DNA from: Catajapyx aquilonaris
Taxonomy: Eukaryota
NCBI GenBank assembly: GCA_000934665.2
Contig: KZ538691.1
Location: 1 to 53,461, forward strand
Direction of reading: 5' to 3'
Length of the DNA stretch: 53,461 bases
Below, in pieces: positions 48,601 to 53,461 of the stretch. Position 1 is the stretch's first letter. Each line of letters starts with the position of its first letter. Made by a program: the position numbers and the translations under genes. Under the pieces are notes generated by a model. That model was given only the letters and a program-made list of their open reading frames with translations, was not told where the DNA came from and searched no databases.

Positions 48601-51600
48601 TCGTACGCAAAAACTATGCAAGTTAGCCCAAAACTACTTCCACATCCCTATATTAGTTTTGCGAGTCCTATCAGGCTACCTGGCGACTTTCCGCGAGTTT
48701 TTGAGCACCCTGTATATCAAACCAGACAGACGGTACATGAAGAGATGAAAATTGTGGGTAAAACCAGTAAAACGAATAATCGGTAGTAAATTCAAAGCGA
48801 TTATTCCGGCAGAAAATTGCACAGGAGCTGATCCCCACATTAAACAGTTTCAATTATTGTATTACTGCAATAGAGTCGCCCGGGTGGATAATTACGTTCT
48901 TTTTTTCCCCATCTACTATTCGCAGGGAACACGGCACAGTTCGTGTCGACTTGGGAGCGACAACGCATGCAATGTTAGGAAACGACCTTGAGCTTGTGCC
49001 CCTGTCCTTTAACGATTATGACACCCGCACTACACTACGATGCTCCGTGAAACCACGCTCCAGGGGCACCCTCTGCAGACATAAGAATCATTGAAAAAAA
49101 CTGCAAAAAAAATATTTTAAATAACATATGATGATTCTAGTCCCTGCTCAGCACTTTTTTGAAAGCCTGTACGTGTCAAAAAACGCTGAGTACGTTCTCA
49201 TTCCAAAAAGGAGCTACAAAAAAGGCACTTTGTACAAAACTCCAGGTCTTTTCAAGAGGGGCGCAAACTAATTTCCTAGCAAGGCACTTTTTGGGGGGGA
49301 CCCATGAAAAAGGTCCGTTTTTGGACTTACGGTCGACCGGTCCTGATTTCATTTTAGGCATCTTTCCAGACCGATCGGGCCAATGTGGAAGCCAGAAAAA
49401 AAATGGCGTGAAGAGAGTAAATTTTTTTTGCAGAGACTGGTAGGGGCAAAGCGTGTTTCCATGTCAACGGATGGGATGCAGAAAGTTTTTGCATGGGCCA
49501 CCGATGTGAAAATGTAGTCTGACACAGTCGGTTCAACAGGTGTTGGCTTCCAGGTCTATGAATGACATGGGAAACACCGCACAAAAGAGGTGGAAAATGC
49601 TTTTGGGCTAAACACTATACATGAGGACAGTTTTCAGACTTATTAAAAAGCCACTTGGTTCATAGCATGTTGTGGAATCAACATCATTTTAAAGCCAATT
49701 AGCATATCGAGAATTACATTGTTGCATTTATGACTATGCAATATGCTGTAGAAATTTAGAGGGCTATAAAAGTGGTCGAAAAATGTTGGCATTGGGCCAG
49801 AAGCGAAATTCCCTTTGTGGCCGATACGTGTACGGGCCACATGAGTTATCACTAGATCGTTGGTGGAGGCAGGTGCAGAAGTAGAGGACCCCATCAGGGC
49901 AAGGACCAGTGATTGGATTAACAGTGGAAGGTGATTTCTCACCTCCTTGAGTGGACTCTCGAAACCAGAAAAAAAAGTGTCCCCTATCGGACTTGGGAGG
50001 CGGTAGAACTATCCAATTTTTTGCTCCAACGGTCAAACCAATGGGATATCGAACGTCTTGCACAGTATCAGAGAGTCTCTTATTGACAAACGGCAACAAT
50101 TGAACCTGCACTATTCCTAAAGCTAAAATTCTGATCAATTTATTTGAATATTGCGTCACCAAATATTCAGGTTACGCCCTACAGTATCTGATTTTAATCA
50201 GCTTATAGACACCAAAAGCTTTCAGTTGTTGAAACATTTTTGATGTTCGGCACCCTCGATGTATGCAAATGTGCAGGTTTGTATGCGGAATCCGTCCTGC
50301 CTCCTTTCTCAGGATGCATGCCAGAGGATGCTCAAAAATGGCCAAATTATTCGGATGCCATCCGCACGAGCTGCAGGCGGCTTATTTATAAGCAGCCGCC
50401 TTTTCAATTTTGCACTCGCCCCATTTTATCGGAAAAGTGAATATTTAGCGACAATCTAATCCGGGCAAATGAGACACCGGAATAGAGCCCCTCGAGAAAA
50501 TAATTTACGCTCGAAATGAGCCCTGGTGTTCAGATATTCTGGGTCAAGGTGTCGCGTGTGTTACTATCAACTGTAACCTTTCCCGCACTATCAAGGTGTC
50601 AGTGTTTCGCGTATGCAGTTTTCGCTAATTACAGGTCTATATTTTCACGCGATACCATTTTTTTTCCCAAGGCCTTAATTGGAAGAGAGTGCTGGGGGAT
50701 ATTGCTGTCATAATTACATAGGTTGGCCTGCGCCCTCGACATAGTATACCGGGGCCAAATGCAAATGGTGTAGCCCATAATGTAAGACTGCAGGATCAAT
50801 GGAGGGAGGACCTAGAAGGCGTATGCGTGCAAACAAAGCTCCTCTCATGCCTTCCAAGTTTGCGTGCAAGTGCGGCTGATTCTCATGTAAATTTGATGGC
50901 CAGGAAATTTCGGGTACGGGTGGGTGGGTTGGGTGGTCAGAAAGCTTTGACGTCTAATCCTGGGGTCCAGTCTCATTCCGGTGGGCGGAATTTATGCGGA
51001 ATATGCCATTCCGCGGACTTTCACGACCGTCATTCAGGAGCCTTTCATATTCTGGCACTTATTCATCAAGTGAAAGGGTGAGAGAGATGCTGAGGCACGG
51101 AGGAAGTACCGGTGGACCTAGTAGTAACGACAGAAACTGTCAGAACGCGTTAATTCTAACTTCCGAACCACGTGTAGGCCTAACGGTCAAAATAACGGTC
51201 GAGCCACGTGTACGCATAAACGGCTCTAACGGTCGAACCACTCGTGTAGTCCTAACGGTCAAAAATAACGGTCGAACTGCCAGGACGCGTTCTACAGTTC
51301 TTGACGTTACAGAGCACAACTATAAAGTGGCTTGCCAGTATATGACAAGTCCTGGCATTGCACGTCCCATTCGATGTTCCGGCCCGTCTCATTTGTGCAG
51401 GAGCAGCCATTCCGCCAACATTGACCGCCCTTCAGGAGCCTTCATATTCTTGGCATGTCACCCACCCTGGTTGTCATGTGCAGCTGCTGCCTTGTGTAAT
51501 TTTTGGAGCCTTGAATATGCATGTGGGTGGAAACGGAAATTGGGGTTTTTATACCCCCAGCGTCGCGGTCAAGAACCTGGAGGTTTGACAACAAATGCGG

Positions 51601-52760
51601 GATATTGAGCGAGAAATCGAAGGGATTAGTCGGGATGATTGTCAGTCGAAAGGTCCTCTAGTCACTTGACAAAATCAATGGTCAATGGAACCCGCGCGGG
51701 ATAAATCTGCCGGACACAACCCATACCCAGCGATTTTGGCTAGATATATTTGAGAATAAATCTGGTCGTAGAATCGCTACAGCTATAACCATCGATTATT
51801 TTTTTCTTCTTTCCATCACGATTAATGCGCATTTTGGAGAAATCTTTTCCTGTCCAGCTACCAAATTGCCGGTTAGCCTTCCAAAGATTATTTATAGTCC
51901 CCACCATTTCTTGTGCTCCAATCCCCTCTAGGGTATTAAAGAGAGAAAAGAAGCGCCCCCTTGACAAGAAACATCGCAACCGTGAATACAAATCGGAGCA
52001 ATTTCCGCATGACGGTTACCGATTACTATTCTTTAGGGAACCACGTTCAACCCGAAGAAACTTTAGTGAAACAACCTGACCTTACCACGTTCAACTGCAA
52101 CACATTCTGTGGCATACGGTCCAAACCATTCCATATTCTCTAAAGCCCAGGCCATTACGCCCCAAAGTTCTCTGAGCAAAACGACAAGAAACCACGATTT
52201 AAATTCTATTACGAGTAGTTCTTGGCTGCAGTTCACAACCTCTTCGCATGCGAACGAAGATTCCGGCGCAACATTAAAACAAAGTGCTGCCTCTAAAAAT
52301 GTTCATCCGATGCAAATTCCTGCCATTTCATACAACTAAACCTCTCCTAATAAAACACTGATTCCTGCTTGTTGCGCGTAAATTTTAGAACCTTCCTCTT
52401 TTTCTCTTAAAGGCCCTCTGGAAATTACTGCAGCAATTTCAACCCGGTCGAGTCATCGTGAAGTCTGGTACCCCCTCCGAATCCGGCAAACTCTTTGTCC
52501 GGATTAATAATTCAGGAGCACCTTTTACAAGTTTCATGCTGGCGGGGCTCAGCACCGCGTCTTTGGATAGTGGATAGGGCTTAACAAGTGGCGTACCTGA
52601 CATCTGGCAGACAAAGCTGGCCGTTTCGGGACCGTCGCAGCGCCACGAGCGCCACCGGAAGTCGGTTGTCGGATCCACTACCACGCATAAAGGAAGTGAC
52701 GCCAAAGGGATCTCCTCTTGCCAGTAGTCCGTGTGTGGTATCACCTCCGTGTCCTTGCTC
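45673..52760 (-). CDS. C-type lectin-domain / mucin-like protein, 3' part (exons 52597-52760, 47756-47946, 47541-47697, possibly ~46880-47010, terminal ~45673-46796); 5' end probably beyond the window
   Basis: LCVVVDPTTDFRWRSWRCDGPETASFVCQ is the C-terminal half of a CTLD. It splices in phase to APTWVSRSDESSC... and is followed by a long Thr/Ser/Asn/Glu-rich ORF with many N-x-S/T sites. Linkage of the last exons is not fully resolved. Confidence 0.68.
47419..47477. repeat. 27-bp palindrome (1 mismatch), 5-nt loop
   Basis: taatctgtccatgtagtcaactgacta-tagcc-tagtcagttgactacatgggcagatta. Confidence 0.93.
48177..48712. mobile_element. Fold-back mariner-type MITE, copy 2 (536 bp)
   Basis: It has the same TA|CAGGGTGCTCAAAAACTCGCGG termini as 19180-19766, with ~258-bp arms and a shorter ~20-nt spacer. 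Confidence 0.96.
51164..51277 (+). repeat. Three degenerate 34-39-bp tandem units rich in TAACGGTC and CACGTG
   Basis: Units start at 51164, 51200 and 51234, with a partial one at 51273; consensus CGAACCACGTGTAGNCCTAACGGTCAAAATAACGGT. Confidence 0.85.
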
Positions 52761-53461
52761 CTGGAAATTCAACATAATTGAATTAATATTTGAAAATTTT
52801 AAGGATGACTAGTTCCCCCCATTGCCAAAACCCTAAAATTAGCCTAAAAATGGCTGCTTATATATATAAAAAAAATCCAGTCCACTTATTTGAAAGTACA
52901 GCTTGTTAACCTTCCAGCTGGTCCGCCCTACCCTTGCATACGAGCCAAATTGGGCAGTAACTGACTGAGACAAAAGAGTTTGATGGCTTCAAAACAGTGA
53001 CGTAATTGTGGGACAAAGTAGGCATTCGGCGAGACGCTAACATGTGTACAGCCCCATTTTTGAGCTCACCCTGAAATTTTCCAGGCTCGAGCTCAGAGGG
53101 CGTGGTGAACACGGATGAGCTCTCCCGTAATAATTCACATCGCCTGATCCGGACCCCCCCTGCAACTTTTACAAAGGACGCAACATGCAACCGGGTCTAA
53201 TACTACATTTCCTGCCGACTCTTTTCCCGGCAGACCTCTTTATTCTAAAGCGCAAATGGCCACTATAGGCTACTAACCTTTTTTCGGAGGGATATAAAAA
53301 ATTTCGTTTTTTCGTTTTACAGGAATGACGTGCCAATTGATGCGACTGACGGTGAGTTGTAAAGACCAGGCAAACCATGCATCGTATTTTTCCTGGGCAA
53401 TAATGCAGCGTCAATTTTCGATGTATTATTCATGAGTATTGAGGCTTGGATCGAAAATGGA

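Noticed and set aside
49643..50162. Minus-strand ORFs, one with a signal-peptide-like start (MRNHLPLLIQSLVLALMG)
   Set aside because: The start codon is GTG rather than ATG and no coherent exon chain follows; probably intronic repeat debris.
51164..51277. Possible CRISPR-like array
   Set aside because: The units are directly adjacent degenerate tandem repeats with no unique spacers, there are no cas genes, and the context is eukaryotic.
50994..51608. 204-aa plus-strand ORF
   Set aside because: It runs through the tandem and direct repeats, lies antisense within an intron and has no recognisable domain.

Overview
Eukaryotic, intron-containing animal genomic DNA, most likely from an arthropod (it carries a mei-P26 homologue); the species cannot be identified from the sequence. 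Left to right it holds: two decayed Tc1/mariner transposases; a very tightly packed minus-strand trio (Sec12/PREB, then a 7-finger C2H2 gene with a transposase-like N-terminus, then homocysteine S-methyltransferase, whose later exons I could not find); a tetraspanin; calpain-5/TRA-3; a mei-P26-type TRIM-NHL gene; DNAJC19/Tim14; GRTP1/TBC1D6; a divergent RhoGAP-like gene that seems to lack the arginine finger; and the 3' part of a C-type-lectin/mucin-like gene. Introns and intergenic DNA are rich in fold-back MITEs (TA-, TWA- and 7-bp-TSD types), V-SINE-like elements and short near-perfect palindromes. The strongest leads are a possible operon-like (polycistronic or trans-spliced) arrangement, a transposase-derived zinc-finger fusion, a pseudo-RhoGAP, and palindromic MITEs whose arms co-vary. 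Exon boundaries were inferred by eye from GT-AG sites and reading-frame continuity, and family calls come from recalled motifs, not database searches.
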